From: Centroscyllium fabricii
Lineage: Eukaryota
DNA length: 64,000 bases
Reading direction: 5' to 3'
Assembly: GCA_051313645.2 (NCBI GenBank)
Contig: JBNRSN020000003.1
Coordinates: 509,206,001 to 509,270,000 of the forward strand
Position 1 is the first letter of the stretch. Every line of letters begins with the position of its first letter. The position numbers and the translations under genes are program-made. The notes beneath the pieces were generated by a model. The model saw nothing but the letters and a program-made list of their open reading frames with translations. It ran no database searches and was not told where the DNA came from. Below are positions 24,562 through 38,218 of the stretch, piece by piece.

Positions 24562-26986
24562 CATTAAGGCTTGGGTTGATAAGTGGCAGGTAACATTCGT
24601 GCCACAAGTGCCAGGCAATGACTATCTCCAACAAGCGAGAGTCTAACCACCATCCGTTGACATTCAACGGTATTAACATCACCAAATCCCTCACCATCAA
24701 CATCCTGGGGGTCACCATTGACCAGAAATTTATGGACCAGCCACATAAATACTGTGGCAACAACAGCAGGTCAGAGGCTAGGTATTCTGCGGCGAGTGTC
24801 TCACCTCCTGATTCCCCAAAGCCTTTCCACCATCTACAAGGCACAAGTAAGGAGTGTGATGGAATACTCTCCACTTGCCTGGATGAGTGCAGCTCCAACA
24901 ACACTCGAGAAGCTCGACACCATCCGGGACAAAGCAGCCACTTGATTGGCACCCCATTTACCATCTTAAACATTCACTCCCTCCACCACCAGCGTACCGT
25001 GGCTACAGTGTGTACCATCTAAAAGATGCACTGCAGCAACTCGCCAAGGCTTCTTCGGCAGCACCTTCCAAACCCGCGTTCTCTTCCACCTAGAAGGACA
25101 AGGGCAGCAGACACATGGGAACAACACCGCCTCCAAGTCACACACCATCCTGAAGTATTTCTTTCACAGGGTTTTTATTTTTAAATAATTTAAACAAAGG
25201 GAAGTAGTTTTTTAGCCCAGTTAAAATATTTTTTCAAAATTTTGATTTTTTGTTTAAAATAGGTAATAATGTCAGGAATAGTAATGTTAAAAAATGTGGT
25301 GTTTTAAAAAAAAATTATTTTATTGTTTAGTGTGTTTTTGCGGCTCTTGTAATTCATTCATAACTTTGACAGACGGATCTGTCAAAGTTATGAAAGGAGG
25401 ATCCTTGTTAGTGATTGGCTCCCCGCGGACCATGTGGTCCCGCGCGGAGCGTCCCCACTAACGACGCCGCTGAGTTGACTCAGCACGGCACGTGGAGCCG
25501 GCCAGAGAATCGGGATTTCAAATCTTAGAAGAGGACAACGGCAGGTGCACTCCATAAGTGTAGGTTTGAAGCTTGCACCCGCGGCAAGGCTCCGAGGCTA
25601 ATTTGTGGGCCAATATCTGGTCTCTCACATTAATAATTTTCCCAATTTCAGCAGCATAGGAAGAATTGGTATGAAGGTGGATGTTTTCCAAATACTGAAA
25701 GTGGATAAAAAAAAATTTATATCACATTTGTTATTGCACACATGTGTGGACTTCTCCAGGAATGATGGACAGCTTTCATCTGACAAGTGATGTTTTGCAC
25801 ATGAAACAAAGAGAAGGAACTTCCATTTATATAGCAGCCCATTTGCACACATCAAGCTCTCAAAGAGAGCATAGAGAAAATGACTAAAGATAAATTAAAT
25901 TTATAATACTGGGAAGATTCTCATTTTACTGACTGAATTCATTTGATTTTCAAATGATAATGATGTGGTTACAGCACAGCATTGGGCGAAAAGCCAGGTG
26001 CACGGTGCATTTGGTAAAATTAGCATTCTTAAAAAAAAAAATCCTAAGTACTCAATTCCAAGAACACTTCATTTGGCTTTGATTTTCTACAGTTCTGTGA
26101 GTCATCATTTAATGGTGGAAAAATTAATTGTAGTATTTCCTGTCAAAATCAGGGTTCTGTTTTTTATTTAAAGTGCCATTTTGCTTCTGGATGAACGGGA
26201 GAGAATAAACAGGAGCACTTCACGATTGGAATGCAGGCAAGTTTACAGTAGCGCTGCCTCAGCTGCTGCACACAATCTCTTAAGCATGTCAGAATGCCCC
26301 CTTTAAAAGGGAAACTCCAAACCATCTATTTGGAACACTGATTATCCAATATTCAGTCCCTAGTATTAATCCATTTTCACAATTTCAACAATACAGTAGT
26401 TTGTAAAATGGATGTTTTCCGAATATTAAAATGGAGATAAAAACATTCGGAGCTTGTTGGTGGGGTTCTGAGTCAAAGCTAAACTGCTGATTTTCAAGCT
26501 TCTGTTTACAGTTCTTACAGACTTTCCTGCCAGTTCACAAGGCATAAAGGCACAGATTGTAGATACACCTTCATAGACTTCAAAATAATCCAGCCCTGTT
26601 GCAACAACAGTTACTGATATACAGCCACTGATCACTAGGTTAATGTTCTCCATTATAAAAGTGACCAACATAAAACTAGCTGATTAATAACGAGGCAGAT
26701 TTATATCAAATACAATAGCAAAATACTGCGAATGCTGGAAATCTGAAATAACCACAGAAAATGCTGGAAACACTCAGCAGGTCAGGCAGCATCCGTGGAG
26801 AGAGAAAAACAGAGTTAACGTTTTAGATCAAACATTTATATCAAAGGCTGATATCATTGGCACATCAATAACCTCAATATATACAACTCACTGTTACCCC
26901 AATAGGTGCACACTTTGGTGTTCACTATTCCCATTAAACCTTTAGTTTACCATATTATATCTGACAAGATATTTGATGCACATATA

Positions 26987-29080
26987 GGCCACGATTTTGC
27001 CAGCGCACAGGGTGCGGGTTTGGAGGCGGGTCCACTGTCAAAATCTAAATGATTGACAGCGGTTTGGGAGCCGTTCCGAACCCGCCTCCATGCAAGTTTC
27101 CAAAGTGTCGGGTCTGCGATTTCAGAACAGACCCGACACCAAGCGGTGGGGAGGCATTTAAGGTAGTTAACTGCTTGTTAACTATTATTTTGCAAGCCAT
27201 TTTCTATTTTCCCATATTTTTAACAGGGCTCAAGTCATTCGGAGATCACATCAGGTAAGTAGGTCGAGTTCTCTCTGTCTCCCCATTGCTGTGAATAGGG
27301 AACAGCTGCAAAAGTGGTATGAAAGCTACCATTTCACAGCTGGCCACCTTCCAATGCCAGAAGCTTGAACCTTCAGGACTTGGAAGTCACTTTTGAGCTG
27401 TATGTAGTTTGGAAGTGTTTGGAGTAAACTCTCTATCCACTGTCACCTCCTAGGAGAAACCTCTCTCACCATTGACAGATCACTTCTGTCATCTTAACTT
27501 CAGCTGCCATCTATTCCAGCAACATTGGTGCCCTTGAAAAAATCTCACCACCAACATCACCAGGCACACCAACATCAACACCAACCTTCTCCGCAATCAA
27601 CTGATACTGCATTGGACACAGGGCATCATCACACGAGCACATTGCTGCCCGGGAGGCCAGCGGTGGCCTCACCACGGCCAGATTTAGTTCATTTGACGCT
27701 GTACACCCTGGCTGCCACATGATGTGCCAGGTTAACACCATCCCACACCGGCACCATAAAGCATTCCTACAATGACCAAGCCATTCCTTTCACACTCATC
27801 ACCATTGCGGGGGATACCATTGTGTCTCACCATTCACTGCAACTCACTAAGATACTTCCAAAGGTGAGCACAGATCTGTCCAATAAGGAAAAGTATTAAA
27901 AATAAAGATTTCAATGTTTGACAACACATTAACAGAAAATTTACATGAAAATTTACATGAACATTGCATAAGACACCCAAGTGCCTACCCTTGTGTGTTG
28001 TTAGTTGATATGATTGCAGTAGGATGAGGGTGAGTGTGAAGGGTGGCTAGTGAGATGGAGAAGTGATAGAGAGGGATGGGTGGAGGTGCAAGGTATGAGC
28101 AAAGATGTACAGGAGTAGGGGAGGGAAGGCAGAGTGATGGGGATGCGATGAGTGGCACAGCAGGGCGAGTTTGAGTGTGGCTTTGCAATAACGTTTCGTG
28201 ATCTACTGAGATCATTGAAAGGTTGGCCTGACAACATCCCTGCTTGTGTCCTCCTGTGCAACGTGCAACCAGACTGTATTGATGATCTGGGGAGGTCCCT
28301 TCCGCCCATGGGAAGGAAAGAGAACCTCCCTGCATGCTTTGATTCCCTCCATAAATATGGAGGAAGTCATGGGAGAGCCTGGGTGCAGCCGTGCACCTTT
28401 GTGCAATGTTTGCAGCACCTCAGTGCTGCAGAACACAGACAGCAGAACTGTCAAGATTTATTTGGACATGGCCCCTTTAAGGAAACCGGCTGATGCCGCA
28501 TCATCAAATGACGTCATCAGACCCGCTTCCTTTAAATTGGCCGGGAGCCCCACAGGGTGGACTTAACAAGCACTATTAGCGGAAAATCCTTTTGACAGAG
28601 CGGCTGCAGCCAGGAGCGGGACCGGAACATAGAAACATAGAAGATAGGAGCAGGAGTCGGCCCTTCAAGCCTGCTCCGCCATTCAATGAGATCATGGCTG
28701 ACCATCCAAACCCAGCACCCCGTCCCTGCCTTGTCCCCATATCCCTCAATCCCTATCGAGCCTGCACCGACACATATCCCACCCTATCCCCGTAACCCCA
28801 CATATTCAATCCCCCTAACACTAAGGGTCAATTTATCCTGGCCAATCAACCTAACCCGCACATCTTTGGACTGTGGGAGGAAACCGGAGCACCCGGAGGA
28901 AACCCACGCAGACACGGGGAGAATGTGCAAACTCCACACAGATAGAACCCGAGGCTGGATTTGAACCCGGGTCTCTAATGCTGTAAGGCAACAGTGCTAA
29001 CCACTATGCCACCGTGCCGCCCGGAACCCGCCAAGTACCTCTCCCGCCATGATCCCGCCTCCGCTGGGAAAATCTAGCAC
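26987..29080. mobile_element. Internally deleted Harbinger derivative with a Myb/SANT exon remnant (minus) and an inserted V-SINE
   Basis: ATA|GGCCACGATTTT ... AAAATCTAGCAC|ATA. ORF 28212..28454 contains REVLFPSHGRK, which resembles REVLFPSSGRK in the 39775 Myb gene. Confidence 0.7.
28626..29021 (-). mobile_element. V-SINE (HE1-like), full length
   Basis: Same family as 1258-1652, flanked by a CGGAAC duplication. Confidence 0.9.
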
Positions 29081-29695
29081 ATAGAGTGGAGTTCTCCTGT
29101 TTATAGAGAGGACCCTCCACTAAATACAGTTTAGCCTTTAAAATGAAATCCATAAGCTTATACACATTCTTCTTTACATTGAAAGGCATCCATATTTTTC
29201 TGAATTATTATTAGCATCAGACATGCTTGAAATGGGCATCCTTTAACACCTGTGCAGATTCAGATCTGGTAAGTTAGGTTAGTTATAGTGGTAAATGGGG
29301 GGCTGAATTTCAGAAGAATCGGGCCTCCATTTCCATCCATAAGTGGGGGCCATATTATCTACACATTGAAACCTCACTCCAGATCTAACTGAGCAGTAGC
29401 ACTTCCCTCACTATTTTACCAGAGATAATGAGGTGCTGGATTAATTTTTCTAGTCATTCATAATATACTTCATGCACAATAAAAACATTGCATTTTCTGA
29501 TCAATTTTAGAAAATTGGTCTGTGAAATATGGGACCTTATTGTACATTATTTGCACTTCTGGCTTGAAAATAACTAGTGAAGGCGCCTTTCAAGGTTCAC
29601 TGACTGGCTTGTATTTTGGTTCATCACTGTAATGTTTGCGTTTGCTCCATTTCTGCTCCACTTACATTTACTGTATAATTAAGTCAATGTAATGA

Positions 29696-29941
29696 ACACA
29701 TAGAAACATAGAAGATAGGAGCAGGAGTAGGCCATTCGGCCCCTCGAGCCTGCTCCGCCATTCAATGAGATCATGGCTGATCATCCAAACCCAGTACCCT
29801 GTCCCTGCCCTCTCCCCATATCCCTCTCGAGCCTGCACCGACACATATCCCACCCTATCCCCGTAACCCCACATAATCAATCCCCCTAACACTAAGGGTC
29901 AATTTATCCTGGCCAATCAACCTAACCCGCACATCTTTGGA
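29696..29941 (-). mobile_element. 5'-truncated V-SINE
   Basis: 3' half of the 1258-1652 family. Confidence 0.85.
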
Positions 29942-30049
29942 CCTGTAATAAGTGTTAAAAATGCAAGTTATTGTTCTTGAGTGTGAGCGTATTCGATAAA
30001 ATCTGATCTTATGCTTCAAAAAGCATCTTATGCTTTTCCAACAGTTTGT

Positions 30050-30240
30050 GCACAATAGTGATCCCTGGCCAATTTTCCCCCAACTAACCCAGGGTAGAGA
30101 GGCCAATTGTAGCACCCCTACTGCCAAACCGATTGAGATCAGCTAAGTCAGTACAGACGGAGGATTGAACCGAGGACCTTCATGGACCTGTGGCTCTGCT
30201 ACTCGCTGGATAAACTCTCCAAGCCATTGGCAGGGAGCCT
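30050..30240 (-). mobile_element. Old SINE-like repeat (related pieces at ~10500-10620 and ~11775-11950)
   Basis: Shared core GCTGAT(C/T)TCA...GGGGTG(G)CTACAATTGGCCTC in three places. Family not named. Confidence 0.45.
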
Positions 30241-30407
30241 GCGAACTATTACTCAACCCAGAAGATTGAAAAACAGGAGTGTACAGCGTCTGAGTAAATT
30301 TATTGATCTGCATTATTTAATATGACACACAATCTAATTGAATATCCAAATCAGTCTATTTTTAGCAGTTTGATATACAAAAGCTAATCAATGAATGTGA
30401 AGATTTT

Positions 30408-33400
30408 AGAAACATAGAAGATAGGAGCAGGAGTAGGCCATTCGGTCCCTCGAGCCAGCTCCGCTATTCAATGCGATCATGGCTGATCATCCAAATTCAG
30501 TACCCTGTCCCTGCCTTCTCCCCATATCCCTTGATCCCTTTAGCCTTAAGAAATATATCCAATTCCTTCTTGAATATATTTAATGAATTGGCATCTACTG
30601 CCTTCTGTGGTAGTGAATTCCACAGGTTCACCACTCTCTGGGTGAAGAAATTACTCCTCATCTCTGTCCTAAATGGCTTACCCCTTATCCTTAGACTGTG
30701 ACCCCTGGTTCTGGACTCCCCCGCCATCGGGAACATCCTTCCTGCATCTAGTCTGTCCAGTCCTGTTAGAATTTTATAAGTTTCAATGAGATCTCCTCTC
30801 CAGCGAGTACACTCCAGCGTACAAGCCCAATCGACCCAATCTCTCCTCAAACGTCATTCCTGCCATCCCAGGTATCAGCCTGGTGAATCTTCGCTGTACT
30901 CCTTCCATGACAAGAACATCCTTCCTTAGATAAGGCGACCAAAACTGCACACAACATTCAAGATGTGGTCTCACCAAGGCCCTGTACAACTGCAGCAAGA
31001 AATGCTTGCTCCTGTACTCAAATCCTCTCGCTACAAAAGGCCAACATATCATTTGCCTTCTTAACCGCCTGCTGCACCTGCATGCTTACCTTCAGCGACT
31101 AGTGCACAAGGACGCCCAGGTGTCGTTGCACTTCCCCTTCTCCCAATCTATTGCCATTCAGATAATAATCTGCCTTCTTTGTTTTTGACACCAAAGTGGA
31201 TAACCTCGCATTTATCCACGTTATATTGCATCTGCCATGCTTCTGCCCAATCACCCCAGGGTGCGACAAAAAAATTTTTTCACCCAGTCGGGCAAGTGGA
31301 TTTCTAAAACACTTACCTGAACACAAATTTCACTTGCCCAAAATTTTTAGAGAAATAAATAAAGATTTTATATTTTTATGAAAATGTTTCAATATAAAGC
31401 CATAGATTGTGATTGTGCCTTTAGTTGCATTGGCCTGGTTTCTACCCCACTCTGCCAGGGTGTATCTCTCTCTCTACTCTGAACATTCTTCCCTCATTTA
31501 CCAAACTTTCTGTGAAGCCTCCGCAGGCCGCGGGCTCCCTCACTCTCTCTCCCCGCCTACCTTCGTTCAGCAGCCGCTCCAGGTCCGTGAAGTTCCGCAA
31601 AAGTTGGGCAGGCTCGACAACAGCTTCTTGTCATTCATCAGCTGCATCAAATAGTCGGGACCGGGTCTCGGCTTCTCCCTCACTCCCATTTCCTCACCAT
31701 TCTTTTATATATATTTCCCCCCCTCTGAGGACTAATTATAAAGATTTTATAATTGATCGAATGGTGCTCTAAGGCAGGTCTGCAGGAAGGATGGATGGCA
31801 CTGATCACAGATTAATGGGCGGGAAACCACAAGCTAAACTGCAAAGCTCTTCCAGGCAGCTTCTCACCAGCTGTGCACATCTGGACGTGGGCCAGCTATC
31901 CGGCCCAAACTTGCCGGTTGCCCTAAAGTCAACTCCCTTGCTTTAAATTGTTGGTTTTTTACTTCTCAGAAGCCGCTCCGGTTTTTTCTCCCCCGCTCAA
32001 CGGGCCGACGGCACCGACCCACTCTTGCCGCATGCCACCAGCCCGCTCCACCTAACCCAACTGCTGCCCCGTCCTGATTGACACGTCGCCTCTTCCAATC
32101 CCCGCCGCGCCGCCTGGCCCCTCCCCGGCCAATCTGCACCCACCTCCAGGGCGGGATCTACCCACCCGTTCCCTCGATCATCAAGCGGGCAAGCAGTTTT
32201 GTCGCGCCCTGGACTGTCCCAGGATTCAGTCTCTGGGTGTCAGCATCCCTGGATTCGGTCTCTGGGTGTCAGCGTCCCTTGATTCGGTCTCTGGGTGTCA
32301 GCGTCCCTTGATTCGGTCTCTGGGTGTCAGTGTCCCAGGATTCGGTCTCTGGGTGTCAGCGTCCCTGGATTCGGTCTCTGGGTGCCAGTGCCCCTGGATT
32401 CGGTCTCTGGGTGCCAGTGCCCCTGGATTCGGTCTCTGGGTGCCAGTGTCCCTGGATTCGGTCTCTGGGTGCCAGTGTCCCTGGATTCGGTCTCTGTGGC
32501 GCATTTTACTTGCCCCGGGCAAGCGGTTTTGTCGCACCCTGCACCCAACCTGTCCAAATCATACTGGAGTTTCTCGGCATCCTCCTCACAGCACACACGC
32601 CCACCCAGCTTTGTGTCGTCTGCAAACTTGGGACATATTACATCTAGTTCCCTCGTCCAGATCATTAATATTGTGAATAGCTGGGGTCCAAGGAACATTC
32701 CGTGCGGTACCCCACTAGTCACTGCCTGCCACTCAGAAAAAGACCCGTCTATTCCAACTCTTTGCTTTCTGTCTGCCAACCAGTTCTCTACCCAAGTCAG
32801 TACCTTGCCCCCAATCCCACGTGCCTTAATTTTACATGCTAATCTCTTATGCAGGACCTTATCGAAAGCCTTTTGAAAGTCCAAGTACATCACATCCACT
32901 GGTTCTCCCTTATCTATTTTACCAGTTATATCCTCAAAAAATTCCAGTAGCTAGGTGATTTACCTATTGTAAATCCATGTTGACTTTGTCCGATCCGGTC
33001 ACTATTTTCAAAACACTCTGATATTACATCTTTTATAATGGGCTCTAGCATTTTCCCCACTACCGATGTCAGGCTTACCGGTCTGTAATTTCCTGTTTTC
33101 TCTCTACCACCTATTTTGAACAGTGGGGTAACATTAGCTACCCTCCAATCCATGGGCACTGTTCCAGAGTCTATCGAATTTTGGAAGATGACCAGCAATG
33201 CAACCACTATTTCTGGGGCCATTTCCTTAAGTACCCTAGGATGTAGATTATCAGGCCCTGGGGATTTATCGGCCTTCAATCTCGTCAATTTCTCGAACAC
33301 TATTTCCCTACAAATACTGATTTCTATCAGTTCCTCCCTTTCATTAGACCCCATGTTCCTCGACATCTCCGGGGAGGTTGTTTGTGTCCTCCTTTGTGAA

Positions 33401-33436
33401 GACAAAACCAAAGTGTGTATTTAATTGGTCTGCCAA
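30408..33436 (-). mobile_element. CR1 ORF2 fragment, interrupted at 31257-32541
   Basis: Encodes [49 protein letters not shown] and RPHLECCVQFWSP, followed by the 3' UTR. Confidence 0.92.
31257..32541 (+). mobile_element. CAGGG-ended DNA transposon, 5-bp TSD, with ~9-10 minisatellite units (~32212-32497)
   Basis: CACCC|CAGGGTGCGACAAAA ... TTTTGTCGCACCCTG|CACCC, perfect 15-bp TIR. Confidence 0.88.
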
Positions 33437-34039
33437 TACAGTAAAGGTTTTGTCACAAAATACAATTTAATGTATTCTTTGGCATTATACACCACATAAG
33501 AGGTATAAACTCTACTTCGAGCATAAACCAGGGAGGGAATATATTAAGCAATTACATCTCTGTTGGATGGGGTGGGGGGAGAACAGCGCCTCTCCAGTGG
33601 TGTCTCCATTCATTCCCCACGCTATATTTGTTGACTAGAGATGAACTTTAGGCCTATTCAGTTTTGGTTTGAATGGCAGAAGAACCAAAATACAGATACC
33701 AACACCGTACACTTTTATAGCGCCTTTAATAGAAAACCCCCTTCATACTTCACGGAGCAGGACAGGAATGGAAGCTGCATCTTTGTTAAGAGGTAATCTA
33801 AAGCTTGATTGAAGAGATGGGTTTTAAGAAGACACTTAAATGGGAAGACAAAAGTTAGACAGTAATTTGGTGAGTTGAGCTGAATCCGCCCCACACCCCC
33901 AACAATGGTGGAGGGCGAGGGCACTGAAGGGTTGGAGGTAGGAAGGGAGATCCAAAATTCAAAGCCGTTCCCTTACTGCCAGCTAGTCACCATGGATCGG
34001 ATCCATAAAGCACACTGCCTTATTTATCAGCCACTTATC

Positions 34040-34395
34040 AGCACTGGAGACCCGGGTTCAAATCCAGCCTCGGGTCCTATCTGTGTGGAGTTTGCACATT
34101 CTCCCCGTGTCTGCGTGGGTTTCCTCCGGGTGCTCCGGTTTCCTCCCACAGTCCAAAGATGTGCGGGGTTAGGTTGATTGGCCAGGATAAATTGACCCTT
34201 AGTGTTAGGGGGATTAAAATATGTGGGGTTACGGGGATAGGGTGGGATATGTGTTGATGGAGGCTCGATAGGGATCGAGGGATATGGGGAGAGGGCAGGG
34301 GCGGGGTAATGGGTTTGGATGATCAGCCATGATCTCAATGAATGGCAGAGCAGGCTCGAAGGGCCGAATGGCCTACTCCTGCTCCATGTTTCTAT
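34040..34395 (+). mobile_element. V-SINE (HE1-like), slightly 5'-truncated
   Basis: B box, V-domain and CR1 tail present. Confidence 0.88.
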
Positions 34396-35304
34396 CATTG
34401 GATACACAGCCAGCATTAGACCACAGGGGAATCTGGGCAAAACCCCTCCTCCTCATCCCCCAACCACCATTAAACCGGCTCGGATCAAATGAAAGATCAC
34501 CATTTGACGATTAGAGACTACACACAGACGCCCCTCCTCTGATCACTTGGGATCTGATATATGATTTCCCACCGCACCTTCAGAACCCACCCATACTAAT
34601 CATTTTTGGACAATTTCCTTTAAACACTCCAGGAATAAAAACACCAAAAACCATTAAAAGAAAAAGAAAATGTATATAACAAAATGTGCGGTAATTGGTA
34701 ATTGAGCGGCAATAAACAAAAGGTAACAACATGCAGTGCCGTAACCCCCCATTAATACTAATTATGCAGGCAGGGCTCCAGCAATGAAAATACTGCACTC
34801 CAGCCACACTCACTCACGTGATGAACTAACAATAGCTGTTGTTATTTTTCTACAGGTACCAAAAAGATACTGGCAACCTTGTCTGGCAATATTATTTTTT
34901 TTCTGAGCTGCAACAGTTTAGCTCCAGCTGCCGATTACGGGCACAACTCTGGGGGAAATCGAACTAAAGTAGCAGCACAAATGCTGAATCTCCAAGGCAC
35001 AGGACTCAGCGAATGCAAAAGGAAACAGCATGCAACATTTGGAAGTATGTCTACCAGCTTATTTTAGCAACTCCAGCTGATCTGCTCCAGGTAATGTAAT
35101 TATTGTGCAGCTAATGAAGTGCAGACAGGACCAGAGATGACATCTGAAGTAACACAAGTCTGTTGAAAACCGAGATGATTACACAGGGATGCATCGCCCT
35201 AAAAATCCCACTCTGTAGCTTACGTCCCGCAGTTGGATTGAAGCAACTGAATATCTAACCCATAGAATATTTTTAATGAGATGGATTTTTTTTTGCTGTA
35301 CTAA

Positions 35305-35835
35305 GTTTTGGTTGCCTTATCTAAGGAAGGATGTTCTTGCCATTGAAAGAGTGCGGCGAAGATTCACCAGGCTGATACCTGGGATGACAGGAATGACGTA
35401 TGAAGAGAGATTGGGTCGCTTGGGCTTGTACTCGTTGGAGTTTAGAAGAATGAGAGGGGATCTCATTGAAACTTATAAAATTCTGCCAGGCCTGGACAGA
35501 CTAGATGCAGGAAGGAGGTTCCCGATGGTGGGGGGAGTCCTGAACCAGGGGTCACAGTCTAAGGATAAGGGGTAAGCCATTTAGGACAGAGATGAGGAGG
35601 AATTTCTTCACCCAGAGAGTAGTGAACCTGTGGAATTCTCTGCCACAGAAGGCAGTAGAGGCCAATTCATTAAATATATTCAAGAAAGAGTTGGATATAT
35701 TTCTTAAGGCTAAAGGAATCAAGAGATATGGGGAGAAAGCAGGGACAGGGTACTGAATTTGGATGATCAGCCATGATCGCGTTAAATGGCAGAGAAGGCT
35801 CGAGGGGCCGAATGGCCTACTCCTATCTTCTATGT
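35305..35835 (+). mobile_element. CR1 3' fragment
   Basis: Encodes YLRKDVLAIERVRRRFTRLIPG...RGDLIETYKIL, followed by the 3' UTR. Confidence 0.9.
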
Positions 35836-36525
35836 AAATAATATACTTTAAATAGCTAGAAGTAATGATGGTTTCAAGTGTATTAGAAATGTTTGCTGAG
35901 GCAGTTCCTTCTCCTGACTAGCTCAGTGGGAAAATGTTCAAAGTGAGAGTGCAGCAAGCAATTGCCTTTATTATCCAAAGCAGGAGAGGAAAATTTGGCC
36001 AAGATTCCCAACGATCACCAGCCACTGACTCTGCTGAAGGTGAATGTGCAGGAAGATCAAAGGAGGAAATAGTTCCATGCTCCCAACTTTTGAACAGGAC
36101 ATTGATTTTCAATGTCCACTCACACAGGAAGACTGGCTAGTGGAGATGGTACTGAAGGGCTGCCGCCACCCCCACCACTACAACAACAACTTGCAATTAT
36201 TTAGCACCGTTGTAGTAAATGTCCCAAGGTGCTTCCCAAGAGTTGACCCAGACAAAACATTGACACTGAGACAAAGAAAGAGACATTAGGACACAAAAGT
36301 TTCATCAAAGAGGTTGCTTTTAAGGAGCAGAGAGATTATGGGGGATTAAAACAATTGGAGAATTGTTTGGCTTTCAAATTAAAGTTTAATTTCCATACAA
36401 ATTGCTGTTGCCGTTTATTTTGACTGAAACAACTCTCCAGTATGTGTGTGTCTTGGGCTAAATAGGCTATTACAAATTTCACAAGTCTACACTGGATATT
36501 CTCTTGTGTGTGGCTTTACCAGTCA

Positions 36526-37790
36526 CAGAATCATAGAATGGTCATTCGGCACATTGAGCCCATGCTGGCTCCCTGCAAGAGCACCTCAGCTAGTCCCAGT
36601 CCCCCGCCCTTTCCCGTAACCCTGCAAATGTTCTTTCAGGCACTTATCCAATTCCCTGTTGAAAGCAGCGATTGAATCTGCCTCCACCACCCTTTCAGGC
36701 AGTGCATGCCAGATCTTAACCACTCGCTTCGTAACAAAAGTTTTTCCTCATGTCGCCTTTGGTTCTTTTGCCAATCACCTTAAATCTGTGTCCTCTGGTT
36801 CTCGACCCTTCTGCCAACGGGAACAGTTTCCCTCTATCTACTCTGTCCATACCCATGATTTTTAACACCTCTATCAAATCTCCTCTTAATCTTCTCTGCT
36901 CATAGGAGAACAACCCCAGCATCTCCAGTCTATCCACGTAACTGAAGTCCCTCATCCCTGGAATCATTCTTGTAAATCTTTTCTGCACCCTCTCAAAGGC
37001 CTTCACATCCTTCCTAAAGTGCGGTGCCCAGAATTGGACACAATACTATAGTTGAGGCCGAACTGAATTCTCTACCACAGAAAGTTGTTGAGGCCAGTTC
37101 ACTAAATATATTCAAAAGGGAGTTAGATGTAATACTTACAACTAGGGGGATCAAGGGATATGGCGAGAAAGCAGGAACGGGGTACTGATGTAGCATGTTC
37201 AGCCATGAACGTGTTGAATGGCGGTGCAGGCTCGAAGGGCCGAATGGTCTACTCCTGCACCTAATTTCTATGTATCTATGTATCTATGAACCAGTGTTTC
37301 ACACAGGTTCATCATAATTTCCACGCTTTTGTACTCTATACCTCTATTCATGAAGCCCAGAATCCCATAAGCTTTTTTAACTGCTTTCTCAACCTGCCCT
37401 GCCACCTTCAATGATTTGTGCACACATGCCCCTAGGTCTCCCTGTTCATGCACCCCATTTAGGATTGTACCCTTTAGTTTATATTTCCTCTCTTCATTCT
37501 TTCTACCAAAATGTATCACGTCGCACTTTTCTATATTAAATTTCATCTGCCACATGTCTGCCCATTCCATCCAGCCTGTCTAGGTCTTCCTGAAGTCTGT
37601 CACTATCCTCCTCACTGTTCACTGCACTTCCAAGTTTTGTGTCGTCTGCAAATTTTGAAATTGTGCCTTGTGCACCCACGGCCAAGTCATTAATATATAC
37701 AAAGAAAAGCAGTGGTCCCAGAATCGACCCCTGGGGAACACCACTTTATACCTTCCTCCAGTCTGAAAAACATATGTTCACCACTCCCAT
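36526..37790 (-). mobile_element. CR1 3' fragment with a second CR1 tail inserted (~37064-37288, +)
   Basis: Encodes [16 protein letters not shown] and ERVQKRFTRMIPG...RGDLIEV. Confidence 0.88.
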
Positions 37791-38218
37791 TAGTGGACCT
37801 TGTGTCCCATACAAATCAGGAGTGCACCTTTATTGCTCAGTATCTAGTTACCGTGATCTGGAGTTCACAATATAGATCTGTTATTGTGTGCACTAAATAC
37901 TATGATCTTGCACATGACACGATGCACAATCTCATATCTTGAAGATGGACTCAAAGATACTTTAGTAAGGCAAGGCATGATTATAATCCAACAAGCTAGT
38001 TCATTTAATAGGGAATATATGAATGAACAGAATACAGTTTTCCAGTTAGATACGACTAGTTCCCAATGCTCCTCATACTGTGAAAATAATAAATCATGTT
38101 GCTGTTCGGGGTGGATAATCACTCTTCAAGCTCACTATCCCTAAGCTAACTGGTTGCTTACTTGTTTGGTTACAGGTTGCATGGATTTGTACCTCAGCCT
38201 GAAGTCTCTCTCTATCTA

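Larger units (their letters stand above)
18800..25150 (+). mobile_element. Second CR1/Jockey-group LINE family, split into three pieces (~18800-18950, ~21894-22145, ~24562-25150) by nested insertions
   Basis: CTGGAGTCA|TACCTAGCACAAAGG joins across the gap. Encodes GVPQGSVLSPTIFSCFINDL and IYKAQVRSVMEYSPLAW. Confidence 0.75.

Noticed and set aside
26426-26671. Short ORFs in unique AT-rich stretches as exons (also 49779-50072 and 2222-2521)
   Set aside because: No recognisable protein similarity or convincing splice-site pairs.
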